Assembly (NCBI GenBank): GCA_963844385.1
Contig: CAWJOJ010000041.1
Coordinates: 71,412 to 135,411, forward strand
Direction: 5' to 3'
Source of the DNA: an uncultured Actinomycetota bacterium
GTDB taxonomy: Bacteria > Actinomycetota > Actinomycetes > Propionibacteriales > Nocardioidaceae
Length of the DNA: 64,000 nt
The translations under genes and the position numbers were made by a program. The notes under the pieces were generated by a model that did not search any database, was not told the origin of the DNA, and saw nothing but the letters and a program-made list of their open reading frames with translations. Of this stretch, positions 1-9,908 are shown in pieces; the first letter of the stretch is position 1; the number at the start of each line of letters is the position of its first letter.

Positions 1-309
1 CTGCGGGTGGCCGAGTTCGCGGACGGCCTGGTGCAGCGCCGAGGACAGCGGCCGGCGAAGCCGCTGATCGGGACGGGCCTCCAGCTTGCCGGTGCCCCAG
101 TGCCGTCTGACCGCGGCCGAGCGCAAGGCATTGAGAAGCACTGTCTTGCCAACCCCGCGTAGCCCGGTCAGCACGAGGGAACGCTCCGGCCGGCCGCGGG
201 CGATACGCTCGAGGACGACGTCGAACGCTCGCAACTGCTCGTCTCGACCGGCCAGCTCGGGCGGTCGCTGGCCGGCGCCGGGCGCGTACGGGTTCCGGAT
301 CGGGTCCAC
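1..309 (-). CDS. AAA-family ATP-binding protein, N-terminal part (continues off the left edge)
   Basis: Manual translation from GTG at 309: MDPIRNPYAPGAGQRPPELAGRDEQL...VLTGLRGVGKTVLL, containing a Walker A motif. Not in the ORF track because it is truncated. Confidence 0.85.
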   Translation of the reverse strand, partial: MDPIRNPYAPGAGQRPPELAGRDEQLRAFDVVLERIARGRPERSLVLTGLRGVGKTVLLNALRSAAVRRHWGTGKLEARPDQRLRRPLSSALHQAVRELGHPQ

Positions 310-453
310 GATCCGACGTTATCCGTGAATCTAGGAACAACCGTAGATTTCGGTAGCGAGTCCTCGACAGGTGCAAACTTCGCGCCTACGCGCGGAACCC
401 TCCGCTGACCCTTACCCTTCCGGCATGACTACTGCGGCTCCGGCACTGGGTAC

Positions 454-1644
454 GTGATGAACTCGCCCGCGCCGCGGCGCAAGCGGATCGTCGTGTGCTG
501 CGACGGGACGTGGAACCGCCCCGACAGCCCCCACGTCACCAACGTGGAGAAGATCGCGCGGAGCATCCAGACCGACCCGAGCGCCTCTGGTGGCGTGCCT
601 CAGCTCGTCTACTACCTCAGCGGTGTCGGCGGAGCCGGCTACAAGGCAGACCGCGTGCTCGGCGGGGCCTTCGGCTTCGGCCTGTTCAACAACATCGTGT
701 CGGCGTACCGCTTTCTCGCCCAGAACTACGAGACCGGCGACGAGATCTTCATCTTCGGGTTCAGCCGCGGCGCGTACACCGCGCGCTCGCTGGCCGGCAT
801 GGTCGGCCGGGTCGGGTTGCTCACCCGCAAGGCACTCGTCGAGGAGAAGCTGGCCGAGGCGGTTTCCAGGTACCGGCGGACCGACCCGGCCGGAGGGCAA
901 GCCGGCTCGAGCACCGCCGAGTTCAAGCGCGACTACTGTCATGACGCTCCAGTGCAGTTCCTCGGAGTCTTCGACACCGTCGGTGCGCTTGGCGTCCCTG
1001 GTGCCATGCGCCTGGCGCCCAAGTTTCACGACGTCCAGCTCAGCGCCGCCGTCCGGTGCGCACGTCAGGCCCTGGCTATCGACGAGTGCCGGATGAAGTT
1101 CGAACCCAGTCTCTGGCAGGCACCCCCGAACGGCAGCACTGACGACAACCGGGTCAAGCAAGTCTGGTTCGAGGGAGTTCACTCAGACGTCGGCGGCGGC
1201 TATGCCGAGACCGGGCTCTCCGACACTGCCCTGCTCTGGATGGCCGTCGAGGCGAACGAGATGGGCCTGGTCTTCGATGAGCCACTGTTCTCCTACTACG
1301 CCGCCAGCCGTTCGTCGGCGATCCGCCACAACTCGTTGAAGCCGCTGTTCCGCCTCCTCAACCTGGTGCCGCTGCTGAAGGCGCGGCTACGTCGATCCGG
1401 ACCGGCGGGATTCGTGGGCAATCGTCGCCGACTCGACATCGACGGAGCCGTATCGGTCAGGTTGGCCAGTTCGGCGCTCGACCATGTGCTGGCGAAGGAG
1501 GACTACGCGCCCGCAAATCTGGGCGCGGTGGTCGACCTCAGCGACCCGGCCCAGGCGAGGATCGTTATCGAGAAAGTGGTCGCGCTTCCCGACGCCAATG
1601 CGTCGGAGTTGATCAAGGCCCTCGCCTTCAGGCCAAGCTCGTGA
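454..1644 (+). CDS. DUF2235 / Tle1-like alpha/beta-hydrolase (putative phospholipase)
   Basis: IVVCCDGTWN, YLSGVG, GFSRGAYTAR nucleophile elbow, GVFDTVGALG, QALAIDE and QVWFEGVHSDVGGG motifs. Confidence 0.88.
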   Translation: MMNSPAPRRKRIVVCCDGTWNRPDSPHVTNVEKIARSIQTDPSASGGVPQLVYYLSGVGGAGYKADRVLGGAFGFGLFNNIVSAYRFLAQNYETGDEIFIFGFSRGAYTARSLAGMVGRVGLLTRKALVEEKLAEAVSRYRRTDPAGGQAGSSTAEFKRDYCHDAPVQFLGVFDTVGALGVPGAMRLAPKFHDVQLSAAVRCARQALAIDECRMKFEPSLWQAPPNGSTDDNRVKQVWFEGVHSDVGGGYAETGLSDTALLWMAVEANEMGLVFDEPLFSYYAASRSSAIRHNSLKPLFRLLNLVPLLKARLRRSGPAGFVGNRRRLDIDGAVSVRLASSALDHVLAKEDYAPANLGAVVDLSDPAQARIVIEKVVALPDANASELIKALAFRPSS

Positions 1645-1653
1645 CCCACGCTC

Positions 1654-1905
1654 TCAGGCGGTGTCGAGACTCCGCTGGGCGGCGGCCACCTGGTAGGCCT
1701 GGTCGAGGCCACCCCGGAGCATGTTGATCAGGTCGGGCACCTCGTCGACGGACAGCCGGAAGCTCCCGGCGCAGACGTTGTCGCGCCACAGCGAGAGCAC
1801 GACCAACTCCGACTCGTGGTGCCAGGACACCCGGAGCGCGCGCCGATCGCTGCGGGCGTCGAGATAGATCTCGCCCGTCCGCGGGAGCGGTGTCGCCGGG
1901 TGCAT
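1654..1905 (-). CDS. Small actinobacterial-type hypothetical protein
   Basis: C-terminal 83 aa of ORF 1654..2778 (MHPATPLPRTGEIYLDARSDRRALRVSWHHE..VVLSLWRDNVCAGSFRL). The upstream part of that ORF is antisense to the Fpg gene. Confidence 0.65.
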   Translation of the reverse strand: MHPATPLPRTGEIYLDARSDRRALRVSWHHESELVVLSLWRDNVCAGSFRLSVDEVPDLINMLRGGLDQAYQVAAAQRSLDTA

Positions 1906-2055
1906 GGAGCAAGTGGTGCGCTCCGCGACCAGGAGCGACCCGTTGGATCGCCGGAGGGCGAAGCGGGGGAGGGCGGATTGCGACGGGTCGGCGACCCGTC
2001 CACCTGCGTGCCACCGACAAGCGACGTAACCACTCCACCGTCCTACACTTCCCAA

Positions 2056-2922
2056 GTGCCTGAGTTGCCGGAAGTCGAAGCCCTGGCGCATGACCTGCGC
2101 ACCAGGTTGGCCGACCGTGCGATCGTCCGGGTCGACATCGCCGCGTTCAGCGCGCTCAAGACGTTCGACCCGCCGCTGTCTGCGCTGGAGGGCACGTTCG
2201 TCGAGGACGTGACCCGACACGGCAAGTTCCTCGACATCAGCACCGGTGGGCTGCACCTGATCCTGCACCTGGCCCGAGCCGGTTGGGTGCGCTGGCGCGA
2301 CGAGGTGCCGAAGCTGCCGCCCAAGCCGAGCAACAAGTCCCCGCTGGCCGCCCGCGTCGTACTCGACGACGACTCGGGGCTCGACATCACCGAGGCCGGC
2401 ACCAAGAAGTCGCTGGCGGTGTACGTCGCCCGCTCGCCCCAGGACGTCGAGGGAATCGCCCGGCTGGGGCCGGATCCGCTGGCGGACGACTTCACCGTCG
2501 ACGTACTCGCGAAGATCCTCCGCGACGCCGGGCGCGCGCAGATCAAGGGCGTGTTGCGCCATCAGGGCACGATCGCCGGCATCGGCAACGCCTACAGCGA
2601 CGAGATCCTGCACGCGGCCCGGATGAGTCCGTTCAAGCCATCGTCGTCCCTGGGGGACGCCGACCTCGAACTGCTGTACCGGATGATCCGCGAGACGCTC
2701 GGCGACGCGGTCAAACGCAGCGACGGGCTGGCCGCGAGCGAGCTCAAGCGCGAGAAGAAGTCGAACCTCGCAGTGCATGGTCGCAAGGGCGAGAAGTGCC
2801 CGGTCTGCGGAGACGTCGTCCGCGAAGTCTCGTTCGCCGACTCCAGTCTCCAGTACTGCGCCACCTGCCAGACCGGCGGCAAGCCGCTGGCCGACCGGCG
2901 GATGTCGAAGCTGCTCAAGTGA
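2056..2922 (+). CDS. Fpg/Nei family DNA glycosylase/AP lyase
   Basis: N-terminal (M)PELPEVE, RHGKFL, H2TH motif GIGNAYSDEIL and a CPVC...CATCQ zinc finger. TACACT -10 box 6 nt before the GTG. Confidence 0.93.
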   Translation: MPELPEVEALAHDLRTRLADRAIVRVDIAAFSALKTFDPPLSALEGTFVEDVTRHGKFLDISTGGLHLILHLARAGWVRWRDEVPKLPPKPSNKSPLAARVVLDDDSGLDITEAGTKKSLAVYVARSPQDVEGIARLGPDPLADDFTVDVLAKILRDAGRAQIKGVLRHQGTIAGIGNAYSDEILHAARMSPFKPSSSLGDADLELLYRMIRETLGDAVKRSDGLAASELKREKKSNLAVHGRKGEKCPVCGDVVREVSFADSSLQYCATCQTGGKPLADRRMSKLLK

Positions 2923-2939
2923 GGGGTAATCTCGCCGCT

Positions 2940-3275
2940 ATGTCACAGATCCCCACGGTGACCCTGGACGGAATCCCCGATCCGCTGCCCGAGGGTCTGC
3001 ACATACTCGATGTCCGCGAACCCGTCGAGTGGGTCCATGGCCACATCGAGGGAGCTCAGCACATCCCGCTGCGTGAGCTCCCCGAGCGGCTCGACGAGGT
3101 GCCGACCGAACAGACCATCGTGGTCTGCACGGTCGGTGCACGCTCCGCGCGGGCCGTCGCCTGGCTTGCACAGCAGGGGCGTCCAGCCGTCAACCTCCAC
3201 GGCGGCATGATCGACTGGGCCGACGCGGGACGACCCATGGTCAGCGAGACCGGGTCGCCCCCGCAGGTGGTGTGA
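2940..3275 (+). CDS. Rhodanese-like domain protein
   Basis: ILDVREPVEWVHGHIEGAQHIP, active-site loop VVCTVGARS, NLHGGMIDW. Confidence 0.9.
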   Translation: MSQIPTVTLDGIPDPLPEGLHILDVREPVEWVHGHIEGAQHIPLRELPERLDEVPTEQTIVVCTVGARSARAVAWLAQQGRPAVNLHGGMIDWADAGRPMVSETGSPPQVV

Positions 3276-3284
3276 CTCAGCCGA

Positions 3285-3809
3285 TCAGCTGGACTCGGGA
3301 AGCGAGGGCGTGTCGAGCGTGGGCAGGTCGTCCGTGGGTATCGAGGGCAGGTCGTCCGTGGGTATCGAGGGCAGGTCGTCTGTGGGGATGTCTGTGGGGA
3401 TGTCTGTCGGGATGTCTGTGGGCGCGCCAAGTTCGCCTGCGCAGGTCGTGGCGAAGTACTCGATAAAGGCCTCGATCTGGGCGAACTCGTCGTCGCCGTA
3501 CTTGTCCTTGAAGGCTTGCTCGTCCTCGAGGGTCTCTTCGTTCTTGTCCAGTTCCTCGGCATTCTCGATCAGGAACTCGAAACCCTTCCGGGCATCGTCC
3601 GGGATGTCCTCCGGGGTTCCAACGTCCCTCAGCTCGTCGGCGACGTCACCAACCTTTGCGTCGGCGGCGGCGTCGGCGAACGGCTTGCAGAACTCCTCGA
3701 CCGACGCGTCCTCGGGCGCGCCGCCCGCGTCGCCGCCCCCATCATCGCCACACGCGGTTGCAGTGCCGGCGACCAGCAGCAGGCTGGCGACCCAGAGTGC
3801 CTTGTTCAT
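3285..3809 (-). CDS. Acidic lipoprotein with C-terminal Pro/Thr/Asp repeats
   Basis: Signal peptide with lipobox ATAC; tail PTDI x3 followed by PTDDLPS(I/T) repeats. Confidence 0.8.
   Translation of the reverse strand: MNKALWVASLLLVAGTATACGDDGGGDAGGAPEDASVEEFCKPFADAAADAKVGDVADELRDVGTPEDIPDDARKGFEFLIENAEELDKNEETLEDEQAFKDKYGDDEFAQIEAFIEYFATTCAGELGAPTDIPTDIPTDIPTDDLPSIPTDDLPSIPTDDLPTLDTPSLPESS
3310..3420. repeat. Coding tandem repeats (12-bp and 24-bp units)
   Basis: gggatgtctgt(g/c) and gtgggtatcgagggcaggtcgtcc units encode PTDI and PTDDLPSI on the minus strand. Confidence 0.8.
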
Positions 3810-3922
3810 CTGTGAATCCCCTGTCAGGTGAATGCGTACGGAACAGACTCTGCCTCATCTTGCCCACTTTCGGGGCTGCCACACCTACATCCGGTGGTCG
3901 GCACAGGCCCAGAAGGCGGGGC

Positions 3923-4450
3923 TCAGGAGGCCAGCTCGGCGGCGGCCGCCTCACGGAGGGCGCTCTCGAGCTCGCGGGTGCACGTGGTCGTGGCGTACTC
4001 GGCGAAGGCCTCGACGTTGCGCGCCTCCGAATCCCCCAGGTTCGCGTCCCGGCGGACCAGGTCATCGACCGTCGCGTCTTCGTCGACCCTCTCCGCGCGT
4101 TTCAGGACGACCACGAACCCGGCCCGGCCGTCGGGCGACAGGTCCTTGGGCGTTCCGACGTCTGCCATCGCTTCGGCCCACTCGTGGACCGACTGGCCGT
4201 CGTCGAGGTTGACGAGCTCGGCGTACTGCTCGCAGAAACCCACCGGCGACGCGCGCCCGGGGCTCTGCTCGGGATCGGTGTCGGGTTCGGCACCATCGGG
4301 CTGCGAGAGCAGGTACGCCGCCCCACCGCCGAGGAGCACCAGGGCAATTGCGACCACAACCAGCTGACGCACCCTGCCGCCCGTCTTGCCGCCGGAGGTG
4401 CCATCCGGCGGGAGTGACGGCGCGCTGGGGTCGCCGGGCTCCGCACTCAT
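3923..4450 (-). CDS. Membrane-anchored hypothetical protein, paralogous to the adjacent lipoprotein
   Basis: ATG at 4450; one TM helix; shares FC...DVGTPxD...RxGF...AFxEYxxTTC with 3285..3809. Confidence 0.7.
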   Translation of the reverse strand: MSAEPGDPSAPSLPPDGTSGGKTGGRVRQLVVVAIALVLLGGGAAYLLSQPDGAEPDTDPEQSPGRASPVGFCEQYAELVNLDDGQSVHEWAEAMADVGTPKDLSPDGRAGFVVVLKRAERVDEDATVDDLVRRDANLGDSEARNVEAFAEYATTTCTRELESALREAAAAELAS

Positions 4451-4454
4451 GCGT

Positions 4455-5138
4455 TCAGCATCCCCCACCCTCCACGAGGAAGGCGGGCCGGGGCAGCGCC
4501 AGAACGTCGGGCAGCCGCGCCAGATAGTCCGCGCGCGGCACCCCGACGACGCCCAGGCTGCACAAGTGGTCGGTGCACCACTGCACGTCGAGCACCCTCG
4601 GCACGCCGTCGGACAACCGCTCGACCAGCCCGACCAGAGCGACCTTCGAGGCGTCCCGCACCCGGTGGAACATGGACTCGCCCGCAAACAGGCCGCCGAT
4701 GGCCACTCCATACAGCCCGCCAGCGAGTACGCCGTCCTGCCAGGCCTCGACCGAGTGCGCCCAGCCCAGCTCGTGGAGCCGCAGGTACGCCGCGACGACG
4801 TCGGCGTTGATCCAGCCCTGCGGTCGCTGCGGATCGGCGCAACCGGCCACGACGTCAGCGAAGGCCGAGTCGACCCGGATCTCGAAGTTGCGGCAGGACC
4901 GGCGGAGCGACCGCGACACGACCAGCCCGTCGAGGGGCAGCACAGCCCGTGGGTCGGGTGACCACCAGTGCATGGCCCTCTTGCCGACCGGCATCGGGAA
5001 CAACCCATGGCGATACGCGTCAAGGATGGTGCCCGGCTCCAGGTCCGCACCGACGGCAACCAGATCGTCGACTGCGCGCTTGGCGATCTCCTCGGCTGCG
5101 GGGAACAGCCACGGCGTGGCCGGGGGTTCGACAGGCAC
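4455..5138 (-). CDS. aat: Leucyl/phenylalanyl-tRNA--protein transferase
   Basis: AYRHGLFP, WWSPDPRAVL, GWAHSVEAW, GGLYGV, FAGESMFH and DASKVAL motifs. Confidence 0.95.
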   Translation of the reverse strand: MPVEPPATPWLFPAAEEIAKRAVDDLVAVGADLEPGTILDAYRHGLFPMPVGKRAMHWWSPDPRAVLPLDGLVVSRSLRRSCRNFEIRVDSAFADVVAGCADPQRPQGWINADVVAAYLRLHELGWAHSVEAWQDGVLAGGLYGVAIGGLFAGESMFHRVRDASKVALVGLVERLSDGVPRVLDVQWCTDHLCSLGVVGVPRADYLARLPDVLALPRPAFLVEGGGC

Positions 5139-5175
5139 GGGCCCACGTTAACGACTCGCCTCGTAGGATCTGGGC

Positions 5176-5856
5176 ATGAGCGTGAAGAGCAGCATCAGCA
5201 AACAGCTCGCGCCCCGGATCACCGATCTCGCTCCGGACCTGACCGACAGCTTCGTGCGCGAAGCCCTCAAGCGCGCGATCAACGGGGTCGGACCCCTTCC
5301 CGGCGCTGCCGCAGCCGCGGACAAGCAGCTCAAGGAGCAGCGCGGCAACATCGACGCCGCGGTCCACGAGGTGATCGAGAACCACGTCCGCTACGCAGGA
5401 GCCCAGGGCTTCGTCACCAACCTCGGCGGGCTGGTGACCGCCACGGTGGCCATCCCGGCCAACATCACCGGTCTGGCGCTGATCCAGTGCCGGATGGTCG
5501 CCGGGATCGCCCACGTGCGCGGTTATGACCTGGCCGACCCGCGGGTGCGCAATGCGGTGTTGATCAGCCTGCTCGGTGAGGAGTCGGTCAACAAGCTGGT
5601 CAAGAAGAAGAAGCTGCCGGCACCGCCGATGGCCCTGGCCACCGCTCCCCAGCACGACGCCCATCTCGACAAGATCATCTCGTCAGAGGTGGCCTCGGAG
5701 CTGATCACGCGGGTCGCCGGCAAGAGGTTGGCGACCGTGGTCGGGCGTCGCATCCCGGTCGTGGGCGGCCTCGTCGGCATGGGCGCCGACGGCTTCGCCA
5801 CCTGGCGGATCGGACGCTACGCCGACCGCGAGCTCCTGACTCGCCCCCGCCGATAG
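5176..5856 (+). CDS. EcsC-family protein
   Basis: AGAQGFVTNLGGL, IAHVRGYDLADP and GRRIPVVGGLVG patterns; TAGGAT -10 box 6 nt upstream. Confidence 0.75.
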   Translation: MSVKSSISKQLAPRITDLAPDLTDSFVREALKRAINGVGPLPGAAAAADKQLKEQRGNIDAAVHEVIENHVRYAGAQGFVTNLGGLVTATVAIPANITGLALIQCRMVAGIAHVRGYDLADPRVRNAVLISLLGEESVNKLVKKKKLPAPPMALATAPQHDAHLDKIISSEVASELITRVAGKRLATVVGRRIPVVGGLVGMGADGFATWRIGRYADRELLTRPRR

Positions 5857-5875
5857 CCCCTCATCACCCGCCACG

Positions 5876-6958
5876 TCACTGCTGAACGGTCCTGCCGCGC
5901 AGCCTTCGCCGTAGTCTGCGGCCGATGGGGTTGGGACGACTGGCAGCTTCCCGGGTCATCGCCTCGAGGGCGTCGAGCGACGCCCGCAGCAGCCGGCGTG
6001 GCCGCACCTTGTCAGGATCGACCCAAGGGGCGTCCGCGGCCGGCCGTCGGGGGAGCAGCTCCTCGACATCCCCGATGAGGTCGATCCCGCTGCCCTGGAT
6101 CCAGTCGATCCAGAGCCTCCCCTTCTCCTCGGCCCAGTCGAAGCGGCTGGGCGGCAGGGTGACCTTCGCCGACCGCCTTCCGGCCAGGTGTTCGCGGGCG
6201 AGCAGCTTGAGGATCAGGTCGTCGTACTGGTCGTCGCGTCGCACCGTTCGGCCCATCCGCTTGTTGAGCTTGCGGATCAGCTGCGTCTCGACCGTGCCGA
6301 GCGACTTGTTGGTTTTCGTGCTGTCCACCGGCGCCCAGTCAGGCTCGATATCGAGAGCCAGACAGATCCGGCGCCACAGCAGGTCCGGGTTCCGCGTGTT
6401 GTGCCTCGGCACGGTCACCACGTGGATCTGCTCGGGTGGCAGGTTCTTGCCCCACGTGTTCAGGACACCAGGCAGGTCGAAGGCGCGCGCGAACCAGGCG
6501 TCCCCGCGTTCGGCAGCGTCGAGGAACCGGCGGAAGGTCCACCGGCGACCCTGCTTGATGCTCTCCTGCCACGCGGCCGGCAGTTGACGGCCGAGATCGC
6601 GCACGGAGTAGACCAGATGGATCTCCGAGCCGCGCAGGTCGTGCATCACTCTCGCCACCTTGTCCGGAGGCGCGGGCGCGAGGATCTCATGGCTGATCAC
6701 GACGTTCCCTCGTTGCCTGCGCACCTTGCGAACCATCCGGTTCCAGGAGCCGGCGGCGTGTCCGGCGGTACCGCCCCAGTCCTCGTCGAGCAGGTCGAGC
6801 GCGGCGCGGAAATGGAAGGTGGACGGGTCCCCGAGGGTGCGGCCGGGGTAGGTGACGCCGTGCTTGGCGAGCTCGCCGGCATTGAGGCTCAGTCGATCCT
6901 GGACGTACGTCGTCCCGGTCTTCGGTGCGCCGATGTGGAGATGGACGACACGCCTCAT
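5876..6958 (-). CDS. Sulfotransferase-fold hypothetical protein
   Basis: MRRVVHLHIGAPKTGTTYVQ (PAPS-binding-like loop), VVISHEIL, RDLGRQLPAAWQE. Start overlaps the lyase stop. Confidence 0.7.
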   Translation of the reverse strand: MRRVVHLHIGAPKTGTTYVQDRLSLNAGELAKHGVTYPGRTLGDPSTFHFRAALDLLDEDWGGTAGHAAGSWNRMVRKVRRQRGNVVISHEILAPAPPDKVARVMHDLRGSEIHLVYSVRDLGRQLPAAWQESIKQGRRWTFRRFLDAAERGDAWFARAFDLPGVLNTWGKNLPPEQIHVVTVPRHNTRNPDLLWRRICLALDIEPDWAPVDSTKTNKSLGTVETQLIRKLNKRMGRTVRRDDQYDDLILKLLAREHLAGRRSAKVTLPPSRFDWAEEKGRLWIDWIQGSGIDLIGDVEELLPRRPAADAPWVDPDKVRPRRLLRASLDALEAMTREAASRPNPIGRRLRRRLRGRTVQQ

Positions 6959-7911
6959 GTCGCGAATTCTGCACCCAGCGCCGTCACGACTCGTGACGGG
7001 CTCGGCCGACCGAGCTGGCTCGCCATCCACACACTGGTCGACACCAGCTTGGCCAGGTCGACGCCGGTCTCGATCCCCATGCCGTGCAGCATCCACACCA
7101 GGTCCTCGGTCGCGAGGTTGCCGGTCGCCGACTCGGCGTAGGGGCAGCCGCCGAGTCCACCGGCGCTCGCGTCGAAGGTGGTGATGCCGACGTGCAGGGC
7201 GGCCTGGGCGTTGGCGAGCGCCTGACCGTAGGTGTCGTGGAAATGTACGGCGAGCTGGTCCGTCGCCATCCCGGCTGTGGTGAAGGCGTGGATCAACGCG
7301 GTGACGTGGTTGGCCGTGCCGACGCCGATCGTGTCGCCAAGGCTCAGCTGGCTGGCGCCGAGGTCGAACAGCCGCTTGCCGACACCGACCACCTGGTCGA
7401 TCGCGACGTCGCCCTCCCAGGGGTCGCCGAAGCACATGCTCACATAGGCCCGGACGTCGAGGCCGCGGTCACGGGCCCGTCGTACGGTCGGCTCGAACAT
7501 CGCGAACTGCTCGTCGAGACTGCGGTTGAGGTTGCGCTGGGCGAAGGTCTCGGTTGCGCTGCCGAAGATCGCAATGTGCTTGGCGCCCAGCTCGAGAGCC
7601 CTGTCGAGGCCGCGCTCGTTGGGCACCAGCACCGGCATGTTGGTGCCGGCGTCGCCCAGCAGCGCCATCAGCTCGGCGGCGTCGGCCAGTTGCGGCACCC
7701 ATTTCGGGTGCACGAAGCTCGTCGCCTCGATGATCGGCAGCCCGGCATCGGCCAGACGGCGGATGAACTCGGCCTTGACCTCGGTCGGCACCAGCGCCTT
7801 CTCGTTCTGAAGGCCGTCCCGGGCCCCGACCTCATAGACCGTGACCTTGGGTTCGGTGGTCGAGCTTCTTTCGGTGGTCGAGCTTGTCGAGACCACTTGT
7901 GGCTGCCTCAT
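6955..7911 (-). CDS. Hydroxymethylglutaryl-CoA lyase
   Basis: EVGARDGLQNE, SFVHPKWVPQLAD, LGDTIGVG, HFHDTYGQALAN, GGLGGCPYA..ATGNLATED. Confidence 0.95.
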   Translation of the reverse strand: MRQPQVVSTSSTTERSSTTEPKVTVYEVGARDGLQNEKALVPTEVKAEFIRRLADAGLPIIEATSFVHPKWVPQLADAAELMALLGDAGTNMPVLVPNERGLDRALELGAKHIAIFGSATETFAQRNLNRSLDEQFAMFEPTVRRARDRGLDVRAYVSMCFGDPWEGDVAIDQVVGVGKRLFDLGASQLSLGDTIGVGTANHVTALIHAFTTAGMATDQLAVHFHDTYGQALANAQAALHVGITTFDASAGGLGGCPYAESATGNLATEDLVWMLHGMGIETGVDLAKLVSTSVWMASQLGRPSPSRVVTALGAEFAT

Positions 7912-9908
7912 GACGTGGTCTCGACAGGCTCGACCGACGAGTCCGGCTCGGACCGGGCTCGACGACGAAGAGGACGGCCCCCAGCGCGACCTGCTCACCG
8001 ACCTCGGCTCCGACCTCAGTGACCCGTCCGGCGAACGGCGCCTTGAGCGCCAGCTCCATCTTCATCGCCTCCATCACGCCTAGCGTCTCGCCATCGGCGA
8101 CCTCGGCGCCGGGGGCGACATTGACCGCGAGCACGGTGCCGGGCATCGGCGCGACCAGGCTTCCGTCGCCAGCGGCCGGACCGTGGTCGCCGAACACGTC
8201 GGGCCGGTCGAAGACGAACCTTTGACCTCGGAGGACGACCTCGACGGCGTGAGCACTGACGCGCCCGACGGCGTGATGGGCCATGCCGTCGAGCGCAAGA
8301 CGCATGTCGATGTGCGAGCCGGGGACGTCGGTCCGCGACAGCTCGGTCACGCCGACCCCGTCCACGGAGTCGGAGCGAACCGTCACCACCTGGTCGAGCT
8401 CCACGTAGACAGGGGCCGGGTCGCCGCCCAGACGCCAGCCGTCGTTGTGGAACGGGCCGCGGTGGGTGTCGGGTCGCGGGGCTGCCGCCCACGCCGCGAA
8501 CACGCGGGCCACGTCACGATCCGGCTGCGGGACTTCGTGGTGGTCGAGCCAGGCCGTGTCGATGGTGCAGTCACGGAACTCGTCGCTCGCCGCCAGCGCG
8601 CGCAGGAACCCCGTGTTGGTGGTCAGGCCGAGGATCGCGGTGTCGTCCAGGGCGGCGACGAGGGTACGACGGGCCGACTCGCGATCGGGCCCGTGCGCGA
8701 TGACCTTGCCGAGCATCGGGTCGTAGGCCGTGCTCACGACCTGCCCGCTCTCGAGGGCCGCGTCGACCCGCACACCGGTGTGAGCCATTCGTGGCGAATG
8801 CTCGATTCGGGGCTCGAGGCGCTCGCTGTCGCTCGCACGTCGACCCCCGCTCTCGGCCCACTGCACGAACGTGGCGGTGCCGGCTTGGGGCAGGAAACCG
8901 TTGAACGAGTCCTCGGCGTAGACGCGAGCCTCGATCGCATGGCCCTGGAGGCTGACCTCGGCCTGGGTGAACGGCAGCTCCTCGCCGCCGGCGATCCGCA
9001 GCTGGAGCTCGACCAGGTCGAGGCCGACGACCAGCTCCGTCACCGGGTGCTCGACCTGGAGCCGGGTGTTCATCTCCAGGAAGTACGCCTCGCCCGTGGC
9101 CGTGTCGAGGAGGAACTCGACCGTCCCGGCGTTCTCGTAGCCGACCTCACGAGCCAACGCGACCGACGACTCTGTGATGACCTTGCGGATCTCCTCGGTG
9201 ATGGTGGGCGCCGGGGCCTCCTCCAGCACCTTCTGGTGGCGGCGCTGGGTGGAGCAGTCGCGCTCGAAGAGATGGACGACGTTGCCATGGGAGTCGGCGA
9301 GGATCTGGACCTCGACGTGGCGGCCGTGCTCGACGTACTTCTCGATCAGGATCGTGTCGTCGCCGAACGCGCTCCGTGCCTCGCGTTGAGCGGAAGCCAC
9401 CGCCGCGTCGTACTCCTCCGCGGACCGGACGATCCGCATGCCCTTGCCGCCGCCGCCCGCTGCCGCCTTGACCAGGATCGGGAAGGCCATCTCGGTGGTC
9501 GAGCCTGTCGAGTCGACCCCGTAGCTCGGGACCACCGGCACGCCGGCGGCGACCGCGATCTCGCGCGCCGCGTCCTTCCGGCCCATCTTGTCCATGACCA
9601 CCGCGCTGGGTCCGACCAGCTTGATGCCCGCGGCTTCGACGGCAGCCGCGAACGCCGAGCGCTCGGAGAGGAAGCCGTAGCCGGGATGGATGGCGTCCGC
9701 ACCGGCCTGCTTCGCGGCGGCGACGACGGCCTCGATGTCGAGGTACGACGAGACGGGTACGGCGAGGTCGGCGGCGCGGACGTGGGGTGCGGAGCGATCC
9801 AGGTCGGTGTGGATCGCCACCGTGCGCAACCCGAGCTTGCGGGCCGAGCGCAGCACCCGAAGCGCGATCTCGCCCCGGTTCGCAATCGAGCAATGTGTTC
9901 ATGATCAT
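7908..9908 (-). CDS. Acyl-CoA (methylcrotonyl-CoA-like) carboxylase alpha subunit: biotin carboxylase plus BCCP; apparent frameshifts near 9888 and 7955
   Basis: MNTLL/IANRGEIA split by one extra base; HPGYGFLSE, GGGGKGMR, ERDCSTQRRHQKV, LEMNTRLQVEHPVTE and the EAMKME biotinylation motif. A shifted frame ends at TGA overlapping the lyase ATG. Confidence 0.9.
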
